This document shows positions 1-13,610 of a stretch of 64,000 nucleotides of DNA, piece after piece (position 1 is the first letter of the stretch; every line of letters begins with the position of its first letter). The notes beneath the pieces were generated by a model. That model made no database searches. It was not told the origin of the DNA and worked only from the letters and a program-made list of their open reading frames with translations. The position numbers were made by a program, and so were the translations under genes. Where the stretch lies: assembly GCF_964213995.1 (NCBI RefSeq), contig NC_135811.1, positions 107,384,001-107,448,000 on the forward strand, in the 5' to 3' direction. This DNA is from Mustelus asterias (lineage: Eukaryota).

Positions 1-3000
1 CAAAATCCTCCTAGCTTATGGAGTAAACATCGTCTCGCAAGCGACAGTGAAAGAGTCCATTATTTTCGAACAATGTGACGGTGTTTATTAATTTTGCAAC
101 ACGGCCAAAAATATTTATTGAGGAAGAGCTCACATTTAATTTTGTGCAGTGAAATAGTCGCACCTTCATTTAAGTGCTGGACTGATTGAATGGTGTTTTC
201 AAAATTATTTTGTGCAGAGATCAGTTTACAACCCCAAATATTCTTTGGAAAGTCATTTATAATGTATTATGTGTATTAAATGCTCATAACTGCCTAAGGT
301 TGCCTGTACGAACAGATAAGATCCTTATTGTTCCAAGTTCATGTTAAAAGTGTAACTTTGACGATACCAGGAAGTCAAAGTAGGCGAATTTATGGTAAGG
401 ATGTGCAAGGTTTGCTTGCAATTAAGTAATATAGATAGATTATATAGCATACCGCGAACATGGAACCAATTAAAACAAATAAGCAGTGTTATTTCTTTTA
501 TTCTGCATGGAAATTCTCCTTCTCAAGCTTTGCCGAGATAAAATACAGTTGTTTGTAATGGTTTAAAGCTAGCTTTGAGATGGAATTGACACGGACGCAT
601 TATCTCGGTCTGCTAGTTTGGCTAAGATGACCGGGTTATATGTAAGTCTATTCGACTTGTTAAAACTGAAAAACAGGCGAGTGAGAAAATCCTTTTAACT
701 TTTATTTAAGCTTTAATTGAAATTAATATTCTAATTTTCGTGCGGTAATAACAAGAATAATAACTAAAATCAAACTGTTAATTCTGCGTCATGTAAATAT
801 CGCTTTGATGAAATCTCAAACGTGCTGAAAAATTATAGCTTAAATTGGTGAAGTCAAGGCAATTAAACAACAGGTCTGCAGGTGTTCCGAATCTATAATT
901 CTTCCTCTATTACAGACAGAACACCTTGCTGTTACGGTGGCTGAGAAATATCCAAATGAAGTGATATAAGGTTTTTTTTACGGAGAAATAGAAATGCAGT
1001 TTTCCATTATGCTAGAGTATCTTTAAAGCTTAGATGTTACATTGAAAAAACAGATTTAAAAGTTTGAACGGCTGAATGACTGCAACAGGAGCCGTCAATG
1101 TCAAACTCAGTGTTCGGAGTTCCTCAAGGAAGAAAGAGAAATTCCTTATAGTTATACATGCTACCAAATTAACCAAGGGTTGAAAATAATGCAACGGTGA
1201 TCCTCTGTGATTTGAGTTGAATGTTTTGCAAAGGAATGATGCTCTCTTGCTGTCCGTCTGCACCTTAGCGGGAAACGATCAGTTTCACGGATGTAGATTG
1301 TAGACAGATATATTTAGGTACATTTGCAATCTTAGTAAATGCTGAAACTGCAAGTGTTTCCACTGCGATAGGGTTTTGGTTTTTTTAACTGATTTGACCT
1401 TACCCGGAGTTAGGAGACGAAAACTTGAGATCATAATATCATTAATGTGGATTAGTTTAAAAAGAACAGGAGGATTCTGGTTCTAAATGTGCAAATTTAT
1501 AAGAAAAAAAACACTTCTTCGAATAGTTTCGGCATCTTCCTTTGTGAGAAACAAGTTCAGAGAGGAATAGGTGCAAATGATGCACTGCAGAGCCATTGGG
1601 CACCGACAATAGGCCAGTGGATGGATTTATTTGGACCATTAATAAGTCAGAAGTGTTGACCAGTGATCATTCTGCTATCTTCGTTCTATAAGACGGCGAG
1701 GAGTCTGGCTTGATGCTGATGGGAAGCTAACAAACTGTAATTTACTGAAAGGTGTTTTTCAAATGATCATCCAATCAGTTGCCAGATCTCATTTAATTTA
1801 ATGAACTCGGAATCTGCATTTCATTTAGAGACGCCATTTTCCAAATCCCGGAATTGAGCGCACATCACTCTCACATCTGAATTGTACTTTTAAAAGTATC
1901 AATGGCTTTTTAAAAATGTCGGTTACAGTCCAATCTGGAACATTGTTTAACTTAGGTGAGAGGAGGGGGTTATTGTTGGGCTATATTACAGAAGCGTTCA
2001 TGTATCTTACTGTCCTATTGTTAAACTAAGACAGAAATGTCCAGGCCTCACTTTTGCGGGTGTCGAGTTTCTGTTTATTATCCTGGAGAATTATGCAGAA
2101 CAACTTTGTTCTACTTCAGAAGGAGCATGGAAGAGTCTCAAATAGTCTGCAGAAAGGAAGATGCGGAGATATCGCCTCCACTTTGAGGGAATTGAAGTGG
2201 ATACATGCGCAGTGGTGATTGGAATTGAATTTAGAAGTCCAGGGGACAAATAAGACAAGGACATCGAAAGATTCGCACAACACAGGTGAATCGCAAACTA
2301 TAATTTATTGAACGAAGTTTGAATTTGACCTGCCTGCGAAACAGGCCAATCCGGGAAAAAGGTTGCACAGTTTTGCGATCATGGGTTAAAGGGCTGAAAG
2401 GGGGAAAATGATCACGTCATCTACAATTGGCAGAATTGAGGCAAACGGGTTGATAGAAAGACAGGCAAACAGTTAGATACAGAGGAGCATTCTTGACTAA
2501 GCCAGTTTGATTTATGCTGCCAGTAAAGGACATATTAACCACGAGCCGAAATGTGAACTGACTCCATTTCATGCGGTTAGCCGTAAACCGATGTTTCGAG
2601 GGAAAATTTCTGTCGGAAAGTAGATTCCTGGTGCATTGTGTCGTCTGTCCATGGTTTGTTTCGTTCTGTCGCGTTTCATTCATTTCATTCATGTGAGATC
2701 CCGAAATTAACTGTAAAAAAGAAGTGCGGGATCCAAGTTCCGAACTTAACCATGACACCGTCTTCCTGTAAGTTCTACAGTTTTAAACTATGCTTTGGAC
2801 GCTACCGATCGAGCTTTGATTGGTTTCCAAAGGAGTCTGGGTGGAACACTGTACATTGGTTACGTTGCAACGAAATTACATCAAAGATGTAGAAATATTG
2901 CAAGGAATTGATTAAATATGCCGGAGTGAAATGCACTTCTGTTTCAACATAATTTTAAGTTAGAAATCTATTAGTTATGAGGCACTCCGAGCTTACAATT

Positions 3001-4601
3001 GGTAAAATTGTCTAATATCTTCAAGTCAATATAATCGGGTCGTTTCAAATTAACATGGAGTTTCCATCATGTTTTAAATGTATTAATATATACCCATCTT
3101 TGAAAATAAAAGACTACAGTTACCGCTTAGTAACAAATACGAATCCGTGTTGTCAGTAACCATTGTGCAGAGATTCGAGTTCATATTCCATTGCTTTAAC
3201 TTTATTTACTGACAATCGGTTTTCTGAGAGAACGTAGGCAAGTTTCCTTGTTAGTCACTTGTACGGACTCCTCGTGAAGAAACTGAAAATGAACAGATTC
3301 GAATAGGCCTAAAATGTTGATATTCCAATGTGGTTGTTAATTTATACATCTAGATTTTTCTTGAGAACTATGTAGATATTATCACTGCAGCGATTTAAGA
3401 AGTTTATTTTCTCTATTAAAGAATCAGCACAAATGCAAGTATTTGAATATTCGATAACATTACAATTTCACTGATATACCCAGTAAACATGTTCTTTATG
3501 GGACGGTTCAGTATTTAAACTTTCCTACTTATGTACATTTCAACGAAAACGACCCAACGACTGAGTGAGAGAAAAGGAGAAACAGAGAAGGTGAGGGTGA
3601 TGGGTGAGCGGGGGGGCGGGGGGGGGAGGGGGTGTGGGGGGCTCGTGGAGGATAAGATCACAACCATTAGTTTGGACTCAGTGCTGAGGACCGAACGTTT
3701 ATCCAGTTTAGATCCAAAAGTCACGTTATTTAGATTTTAAATCATAAATGCTAAGAATAAGCCAGACAAAGCCATAAGCCTACAATATTAGTTTAGAACT
3801 AACTTTCCGTTAGCATTGACTGTCTATTGTTGAATCCCATACTATTATTTGGCATTGTGTAACAGACAGCAATATATATTTGCGTACGTTTCTGGAGATC
3901 AGCATTTGTATGAATTTCTCCTAGGCAATTAGTCTTCTGACGCCATTTTGCTGTAAGTGTCCAGCACGCTCCCTCCACCCACCCACCCCGCCCTTCACCA
4001 CCCTCCACCACCACCCCCCCCCCTCCCCAGCTCCCCACCCCTCCCCAACCCCGCTCAGTGAGGCTCTGTTAATGAGTCGTTACTGAACCGTGTTTCCAAT
4101 CTAGGAAAATAATGTCACCCTTTCAAAAAGGTTTCTTCAGTTACATTCAGCGCAGTGATTGCAATTCTTCCTTAAACAATCACTGTGCGGGGTTCCTGCT
4201 GCAATTGCTGTCAGCTTAATTGTATAAATCTGATTTAAAATATCTTAGAATTATATATGGCTCGTTTTCACCAAGCAGACACCAGCATCAGACACTGTTC
4301 TGCACTCAATACTGCCTCCGTGTTTTTTAATCGGCGCAATAATTCTTATCTTGAGCCTCTTGGATTCTGAGCTTTACATTTCAGAACGTTTGTAGCCTCC
4401 GCGGTAAATTTCGATATTATCGGGATAAAGATAAACGAGTCATGTAACATAAAAAAAACTCTGTGCAAATGTATTATTTGTGATGTTGTGGATGATATGC
4501 GTTATTTTAATAGTTCAAAATCCCCAAGAGTTTTATGGGAAAGGATGCAAAATAAATGTTATTTAAACTCAACACATATTTACCGCGCTGAGTGCTAAAT
4601 C

Positions 4602-4687
4602 CTGCCTTCTCAGCGGCGTATGTGTTAAAATTGGAAGCATGCAGTGTTTACTAAGGCCTACGTGCAAGAATGCCACGTAAGTTCTTG
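4602..4687 (+). pseudogene. Decayed U6 snRNA copy
   Basis: Hand alignment to recalled vertebrate U6 gives about 52/75 identities plus one 3-nt gap over 4613-4687. Includes exact TAAAATTGGAA and GCAAG.ATG.CACG.AA.TTC.TG. Confidence 0.7.
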
Positions 4688-7681
4688 TGTAAGAGATTGT
4701 GTTTTAGACTTAAATAATGGGACGGCTTGATGTGAGCTGTGGAGGCCAAAGTAATCACGAATAGTGGTTATAGTCATTTCACTTCTTTATTTACTTAGTC
4801 ACATTTGAGGCTGGACTGTTCATTAAAAGCACCCCAAATCTCCATGTTTTTGAGATTTATTTGACGCCTCCCTATCAAGTTATGATTTCTAAACCCAGTT
4901 TCTACAATTTTTCGCAAGAGGTTACGAATCCCTAATTTCGCCACAGTATTTTCCTAATAAAGTATGACAGCAGAAATTCTAACTTCTAACAGGCCCACTG
5001 ATCATATACCCGCAAGTATATCAGCTATTTACATGCAACGTTGGTTACAATATCCAGCTGCATTGTGTCGATCAATAGAAGTATGCAATGTTGTGTTCAG
5101 ATGAATCATAGAAAGTAAATGAGATTTCAGATCGCAGTTACATGCAGTATGGGTTGCACACATACACATAGATTTGCATGTAGTGTGGGATCGTTGTATA
5201 CAGTTCTGAGTCCTGCATTTGTATTCTCGGTTAATTTGCTAATTTGGGGGAGGCAATATTAGCTATTGACATGCCTTGCTGGGAGTTAGTGACGCAGGTT
5301 TCAGTGTGATGTTCTTTATTCAGATACTGCACTCCTGTCACTGTATAACGCTTATGAATCCACTTTTGTCGACCTCTCAAATACAATAGACCACACTTTA
5401 GATTGTTTTACACGGCTGCCCAGAATACCGTACTCTAGGGCCTTGTAATGAGCTTGAGCCAGGATAATCATCTGCTTATTCTCTCACAAGCAGCTCCTCA
5501 GTCATTTCTGTGAAATTATTGCTGCAGGTTCGGGGTGGAAAATTGCCCCCACGCGTGCCCCGTCCACGTGGCAATAACATGCTACAATCCCCTGTTGCTG
5601 CTCTGAAATATTACTCGGTTACAAATTGTAACTAAGTCCAGTTATCCATACAAAGGTGCTTTCTTTGCATTTTAGAGGATATGTTTTTCGGGGGTGGGGG
5701 CGACAAGCGGTATGAGAGGTGTCGAATTAGTAATGGGCGAACCAATGGAGTTCCGGTCGGATTTCGTTGGCATTGCTTCCAGACGATGAAAAAATGTGCG
5801 GACTGTACACATTTAACTTGAGTCACGAAAACAGATTTAATTGAGGTCGAAAAGGATAATTGCGCCAAATCTGTAGTTAGTTAGCCAGTTGTCAATAAAA
5901 ATGCCCCTATCTGTCATCGTCAGATTTAATTTTTTTCTGTACCTAAAATATTTACAGTTGGGAGCGTGAACATCCCATGGGGTATAGTATTTCAAAGTTA
6001 AAACTTCATTTTCTGTTAATACAGATTTTTTATACTGCATTGGCGTCTGTGCCTGAATTTGACAGATATAAAATATTCCACTCTCGGGAAACAGATAACT
6101 TACATAGCCATTGCTTTTCTTTTAAAAAACACTAGTTTGACTCAATCGCTGTTGCAAAACATGTTTGCACAGGAGATTTGATCTTAGTTGAAAACCTTAG
6201 GGGTGCATAAAGTCAGATTTAATGGTTATGTATAAATGACGAAACGATTGGGCTCTTAAGTGCGCAGCTCGGCACAACTCTACTGTAAGCGTGAGATTCC
6301 TTTCCTTGAGACACAATATCCACATATTCATTCGTCAAATGATCTACTCATTTATTTGTTTGACTGTTTATTTATGTGTCCAATTCTCTAACCGGCTGGA
6401 GCAAATTTGAGTACAAAAATAAGTAGGTGTATTGAAGTATGTGAGACATTAAGAACAAATATAGGACGCAAAGACTTCAAACAAAAATACAATAGACAAA
6501 AAGAGGAAAGACTCCGGAATATAAAGTCGAAGCTGTATGAAAATATGTTGTCATTTCCAGTTATTGAGAAACACAAGATGACAACATGTTTGAGGAGCTC
6601 TAAATGGAAAAATAGATCAAATCTAACTGCTGTTTAAAAACTAATTTTAAAGCTAAAAATGATTAAAATAACTTTGCAGGTGAAGGTAAACGAGGCTATT
6701 TCTGAATCCCCTTCTCTTTTAATCCAACAGAGGACCAAGGGGTGAAGTTAGAACAAAAGTTAAACATTTGTTGCAGGTTACAAGCCACTTAAGCTGCATA
6801 TTTTCATGCAGTATTGCATGAATGCTCAGGGATGGGAAACTGCAGATTCCGCACCCTCGGACTATCATCATGTGAAAAATACCCCATTAGCAAATAAAGC
6901 AAGCATAAACTTTTAATGTCCTGTTGGTGTCTGTGTGTCAGATATATATACTTGACTTCACCTTAAGTTAACTGCCAGTTCTATATCCCAGAAGGGATGC
7001 TGTAAATGCCACTTAACTTAATGTCATAATTAAAACCATAAGTTAGCATGTAGCTGTTCCAATATATTTATATGCATTTGTTTATCTATCGCATTACTAT
7101 AAATGTGAATATTTCTGGAGGTGTAGTCTTTATTCTTCCTGAAAACTAATATATTGTTTCTACAGGTACATTTCTAACTTCAACCTTCCCCTTATTTCCA
7201 CTGAACCCTTACTTCAGTCATGGGTTCCCATATAACGGACTTGGAAAAAGCACAGAGCCCCTCCAGCGTCCCTACTGTCGCCATACTGTCTGAAAAAAAA
7301 CCTGCAAATAATAACCTTGTTCTGTTTTACTTTGTCACAGAACATGGCAACCACGTTCTTTAATTTGAACTGGTGAGTCTGCATTTGTGGACCAGGACAT
7401 GATTCTCTCTAATTTGGTTATCAAAGCTGAATTAACAATCTTGTATTTGTCACAATAACCGGTGTTTCAAAGTCTCACAAATACATCAATTTTCTTCTCA
7501 TTTCTGAACCCTCGTGATGTAGGCGGAGCCTACGGGGGCTGCCATGAATTTGATTGGCTGACTGGGAGGAAGTTGAACGCAGCCGGTATCTGAGGAGTCC
7601 AAGTGAAATGTCAGTTTGATAAAGACCTTTTTTTTCCTCCCCCACCACCCCCAACCCCCCTCAGCAAATTAAGCTGCAGCT

Positions 7682-8405
7682 ATGTCATGTTCGGAGAATT
7701 CTGCTCCCAGCTCCTTTTCAGTGAAGTCTTTAATTTGCTCCAGAAGGGCTGAACCTTATTGTCCTGGGGGTTATTTGTCCTCCAGGGCGAACCAGGGTTA
7801 CGGGGTACAGAATTGGCAAGTTGGCCAATCACATCGTAAACAAGGGGAGATGAACAGCCAGCAAGGTATAGCTTTGGTTCCACATCAGTACGTGCCAGGC
7901 ATGGCAGGGTGGGTAAACCAGTCACCATCCATCCACACAGGCCGACTTCAGCAGATAAACTCTTATTCCTTCACGTCCAGTGTGAAGGAAGAAGCCAACT
8001 ATTGTTTATTAGACGGGGATAAGCACTCGAAGACGCACTCTGAGGTCTCAGTCTATCCAAGGGTGATTTCTGAAAGCTGCACAAGTGACAGTGGCAGCGT
8101 TCCCATACCCAACTATTTCCGTTCAGAACCGAGCTATTCATCAAACAAACCGACGGATTACAACCAGCCACCGCCAGTCACTACTCCGTGCTCGATACAA
8201 TCCAGCATTTCCTTCACTTCTTCTTTCGCCACGTCGTCCTCCTCAAAACCAGGTGAAAAAGAATTAAAAGTGAGCACCGCCAAAGATCCGGGCCGCGGAG
8301 ACCCGGGAAAGAACGCAGGGGGAAGAGAAAGTACATTTGTACAAGACACAGCCTCTTTCCAGTTTCGTGGTTCCGACAAAATCCTCCCCGAGAAGGAAAT
8401 GAAAG
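7682..8405 (+). CDS. HOXB10: Homeobox protein Hox-B10, exon 1
   Basis: ORF begins MSCSENSAPSSFSVKSLI, a PG10-type N-terminus. Donor AAG|GTGGGT after 8405 (phase 1) joins the 13611 exon to give 331 aa. B-cluster assignment comes from the neighbouring genes. Confidence 0.85.
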
Positions 8406-11400
8406 GTGGGTAAAACCATGAACGAAAGGAAGAGAAACATTTACAGGGCAGTCGGAAAAGGAACATATACCGCAATTTCATCCGCAGCAAGGTGACTTTA
8501 TTTAGGTTATAAAGGAGCCTTTTTGTCTCCAGCACAATGATCCCTCAGTACAAATTAATACCTTGAGTAGTTTATAGTACCGGCCCCTTACGGCAGAGTA
8601 AATTACAAACACGTTTAAGTGCCCTTTTAAAGATCAAAACAGCGGACTGTTCCTCTCCTGAAGGCCACTCCTTAGCTGCAGTGGAAATCGCTGCAAAAGT
8701 CCCCAATACAAACAACTCACCTAGGCAAAAACAATGAGCATTATCAAAAGCAAGACATGCTTAAGAAGAATACTGCAGTTAGATCAAGTGCCGATACAAT
8801 TAAAATTACAAAGGTTTCATTACAAAGGTAAAACATTACGTAAATGCAGGTATATACTTACGTATAGCTAAATGATTTTATGAACATAAATAAATAATTA
8901 TATGCTCAGGTAAATGTTCACAAACATGCATATGTATCATATTATAATTCCGTTATATGGGCCTATCTATATGGTTGCAGATGTATATAATGCACGTATA
9001 CACAGAGGCGAACTGATTGAACTGATCGGATAATTAATAATCTACCCGTTCGTATGGCTATCTTAGTATATGCAGCAATGTGTATATATATGTGTGTAAC
9101 ATTGCTGGGATTGCTAGTTGGTGCAGGCATTTATAAGAACGTACACATGTACTGATGAATATTATTTTAAATGAATACACAAACAAATATTCGAGTTTAA
9201 AATTTTGATGCAAACACTGCATTGGCAACCAGCGATGTTTAAAATAAACAATTGTGACTGTTGATATATTGAATTTGAGTCTGACAGTGGCCGAGCAAGT
9301 ATCCGAGCGACAGGTTCGTGTATAAAAACAATCTACAGATGGAATTCTAAATTCTAAATTCTGAATATAAATAAAATGAGTTAGGTGGCCCTGCGTGATG
9401 TCTACTTCAGCCCTATTTGTTACCATGGAGCTAGATTATGGCGCCTAAGAGAAATTACATCACACAGGGCTGCAGAGGTATTGCGGTAATATATGGGAAC
9501 TTGCTGCTCAGTAAGTTAGGAATAAAAGAACCACAGGGGCAAACAAATTGAACGGACATGCTAATTTGTAATCCAAGGTACTCTAAATACTATTCCCTGA
9601 CAGGTATCTATGATTCCAATGGCTCTGATCTGATTCTAACACATGAGAAATGAGATGTGTATCAAAACAGTTATTGGCCGATTCTTTCTGAGGTAATCAA
9701 TAAGACACATTTCTGCATCTTCCGAGGAAACTTTTCAGAGGAAGTAACTATAATCTCGAACCCTTCCACCTCCCAACCCTGAAACACTACACAGAAGAAA
9801 ATATGGATAAACACCAGGATGCAATAATTGGGAGGAAGTTATAATTAACGTGGGTCTACCATAACCGATTTCCTCCACCTACTCTCAGACACATTAAATA
9901 ATGAAACATTGCAAAGCAACGACACTTCAGTTGCGAAAAAGTCGACAAACAATTCGTAAAAAACTTTGCAATCCCTAACAGTTCAAGTGGTTGGTTCCCC
10001 GTTTGTGTCTGTTTTGTGTATTGTTGAGATCTAAACATAAATGGTGAACTGAAGCAAACATTTTAGCAAACATTGGTTTTATTGAGTGTTTACCCACACA
10101 ATCAAATGACACAAACGAGGAAACTGTGCTAAGCATCAAGTAACAATGGGGCATACAAATGCGTTTATTGTTATGCAAATCTGAGACATGTTAAGCACAC
10201 GTTAAACTTAGAATTTGAGTCAAAGTATTGTAAATAGTCATAGGTGCCCCCTTGGCCCAGTGAATACCCATAGAGCACCTCCGAAGTTAAATTATCTCCC
10301 AATTAAGGAGAGAGAATCCTGTATTTCATTCTTGTCACATCTTGAACTGTGCATGGGCGCAATGGTGCATTCATTGAACTAGACGAAATCAGCCGTGAGC
10401 ACTCAAACCACAGACTGGGTGATTCTGAATTGGGAAAGTTTTGTTCAACCTAACAACAAGACTTGGTTGGGGACTGTTACAATTTACTGATATATTTTCT
10501 CTGCAGCTGTGGGGATCTCCTGATTTCTTTTCCATCAATTAGTTGATCTCTAAGAAAACATTCAGTCCTCGTTGACTTTTAATTCTAGTATGGGGCAATA
10601 TAATTGAACAATTCCGTTTTATTTAATTTTTTCCAACATATAACCCCTGTATTTCATTTATTGCACAGCTTAGCTGGTGTACCTAGTTTCAGGTTATTTG
10701 ACTTTCATGGAATTTCCATTCTTGATAGATGTCAAAAACCTCTTAAGAGAAACCTACACGCTACCACAACAACGCTTCCGCCATCTTTGCTGCATTGAAG
10801 TAACGTCAGCTTCACACAAAGAACTAATGACGTGACGAAGTAGCTAATAAAAATGGAGGCCTTACATTGAGTTGAGATTTTGACTCTTTTTAAAATTGAA
10901 CTTGTACGTAACAAAGTGACAGTTAAACGGAATAGCTTATTGTCATTCACAGCGCTTGGTTAATTTCCACACAGTTTCTAATAATAATTAATTTGTTGTT
11001 ATAAAATAATAAGGACGGTTATTACTTAAACCCGAAAGCAGGATACAGACACATAATTTGCTGTACAATAAAGCTTTATAGCATGCTACTAACATACTTT
11101 CATGAATGAATAATTAACTGTTTGTTCATAACATAATATAAATTTGCATTGTAATATTTAAACTGAACCCCGGGCTCTGTAGAACCGTATTTCTTTCCAA
11201 GCCCTTGCTGTTCCGGTCACTTTAATCTTGTTGAGTCATTATCCACATTTTAAATGCATTCAGGTCTATTTGCTCACACAATGCAGCTTCCATCTTCATC
11301 TCGGGAGCCACCCAAAGAGGATACAGCATTTAAACAGAAAATGTAACACGTGATGCAACTTTCACCCATAGCATAAGAAACAACAAATCGACATGCAACA

Positions 11401-11825
11401 TCTAGAAAAGAAAACTATTTGGAGACGTCTAACGTGATTTCACACTGATTATCATATAGTTCTTTGCGTTTTGGACCTTTCAGAACATTTGGTAGGCGCA
11501 GTTCAAAAGGAAAAAAATAAAATGAAACCCTCTGACTTTCACGTATTTTCCTCTAAACCATTTGGAAAATATGACAAATACATATAAATGGATTGCTACC
11601 GGATGGTCAAAGCAGGCACCAGCAACTTTCCTAATGTGAGTCCGGTTGTTAAAATTTGCGAATTGTTAAATACAAGTTTCTGATTTTAAATAATGTTTAA
11701 GAACAGGAAGGTCCTGTGCAAATGAGTTTAATACTGGGGAATTACGATTGGATGCGGAATATAGTAGATAAAATACTTCCCTGAGGTCTAGGCAAGGGCC
11801 TGGCCAATCAATATTCATGTATAGA

Positions 11826-12040
11826 TCAAAAGCAATATACAGTGAATGCTGAAAATCTCAAAGAAAAACTGAAAATGCTGAAAATACACAGCAGACTTTG
11901 CAGCATCTGTGGAGGGAGCGAGAACGAGTTAGGATTTCAGGTCATTCTGATGCATGGTCACGACCTGAAATGTTCTCCCTCCACAGATGCTGCCAGACCT
12001 ACTGAGTTGTTTGCAGCTTTTTCTGCGTTTATTTCTTTTA
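11826..12040. mobile_element. Palindromic interspersed repeat (Penelope-derived type common in sharks)
   Basis: Perfect inverted arms GCAGCATCTGTGGAGGGAG (11900-11918 / 11975-11993) and ATTTCAGGTC (11934-11943 / 11962-11971), with imperfect outer arms. Family assignment is from memory. Confidence 0.7.
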
Positions 12041-13610
12041 TAACGTCTTTGAACAGAGACTCAGATTTTTTTTATTGTATTTCTCCTTTGAAGCTGAATG
12101 AAATTTGGCTGGTAAGGAACTATCCCCTGCACCAAATCCGCTACTTCTTGCACGAGCCGACAATTTAACCTATATCGATCCCTTCTTTAGGAGATTATTA
12201 GTTTGGCAAGTTTATGCACCGAGTGACTGAATGGATAAACCATTTCCTAGGTCCCATTGTTTTAAATCCTTTCAACAAAGTCAAGAGCGTGCCTGCTGTG
12301 TGGGCATAACTTTCATCAACGAAATTACATTTAATGTTTTCTGATCCTGAAAACCATCTATTTCGTGGTTTATCGTCTTTATGTCAACTCATATTTTAAG
12401 TATAGAATTTCATTAAAACACTTTGTCGTGTTCTAGGAGCTCAAACAGCTTGTGTTTTATCAATACAAACTCTAAAGATGTTAATAAACGTAGATTTGTA
12501 TTTACAATTTGTAAACATTGAGCTTTTTCTTAATAGTGGATTCGGTTCATACAATTTCAATTCAAATACAACGATATTCATGGCATCGACAACATTTGTC
12601 TTTTATACAGTAAGGGTTATCCCAAAGATTATGTTACATTTAAAAATAAAACTACGAACCACAAAACTTACAACAGGATGGCGAATTACATCATTAAAAA
12701 CGTCAACTTTTGCATTAAAATTAACCAAAATGATGTAAGATTTTCAGCAAATAATGCAAAATTAAAAGCTTGGAGAAACTTTATCTGACTTTCTGTGGAA
12801 AATAATTGTCCCCATGTTTGTGCTTTCCCGTCGCCTGTTCCGAGAATGTTCTCTTCCCCCCACAAGCCATAATCTTTAAGTGAAAATCCAGTTTAAAGGC
12901 GAAATTGTAAGGGCTAAAGGTTATTTTGCAATGCAACCGTTTTGTTCTAAAACAAGCTTTAATAAGGTCGCCTGGACAAATCATTAGTTCAGGAAAATTA
13001 ATAGGCGTTTAAATGCTCTGAGATAACCCAGGAATTAAATTTGTCTATTTTCAACTGGGTAAACAATTTCTTAGCAGAAAATTGGTATTATTAATTAGAA
13101 CTTGAGACGTATGGTCTGCCATGGTCAAGCTATATTAGCTGCATTTTAAACTCAACAATATGTTCGCAATTAATTTTTGGGACTTTTATTGTAAGGGAAA
13201 GGCGTGCTATGTATTGTTTGTCATGTCTTATTCCATCTAAATCTCGTTAGCAATCGAACACTAGTGCAACCTGTATTGAAGATTTTAGATCAAACCTTAG
13301 GCCTTCATTGTAGCTAGTTGCCCAGGTGCCCGATTCCTCTTTAAGAAAAGTTGGTGAAACTCTTATTTTGATAGGATATGAAGTTACATTAGAACAGGTA
13401 ATGCTGCGGTCTGAAACAACATGTGCTAATGAGAATCAGGATAAAATATGAACTCGTTGACTATGTGCCGACAGCCTTGCCCCTCCCCGCTCTCAATTGG
13501 GATACCTTTATTGCAACCCTTGGTCTCGTTGGTGGTAAAAGAAAGGGAGGAAGAACAGAATCCATTTTATTCTGCAGGTCGTTTGACAATCTGTTTTTCC
13601 CGATTGACAG

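Noticed and set aside
1-7600. Possible HoxB11/HoxB12 pseudogene in the upstream gap
   Set aside because: No homeobox-like or PG11/12 N-terminal sequence found by eye; TGGTTTCCA at 2821 lacks supporting context. A tBLASTn would be needed to exclude very decayed relics.
13448-13577. ORF-track N-termini upstream of exon-2 acceptors (also 37359-37431, and 62589-62621 upstream of the HoxB4 ATG)
   Set aside because: Intronic or 5' sequence that happens to be open; splice signals and homology define the real boundaries.
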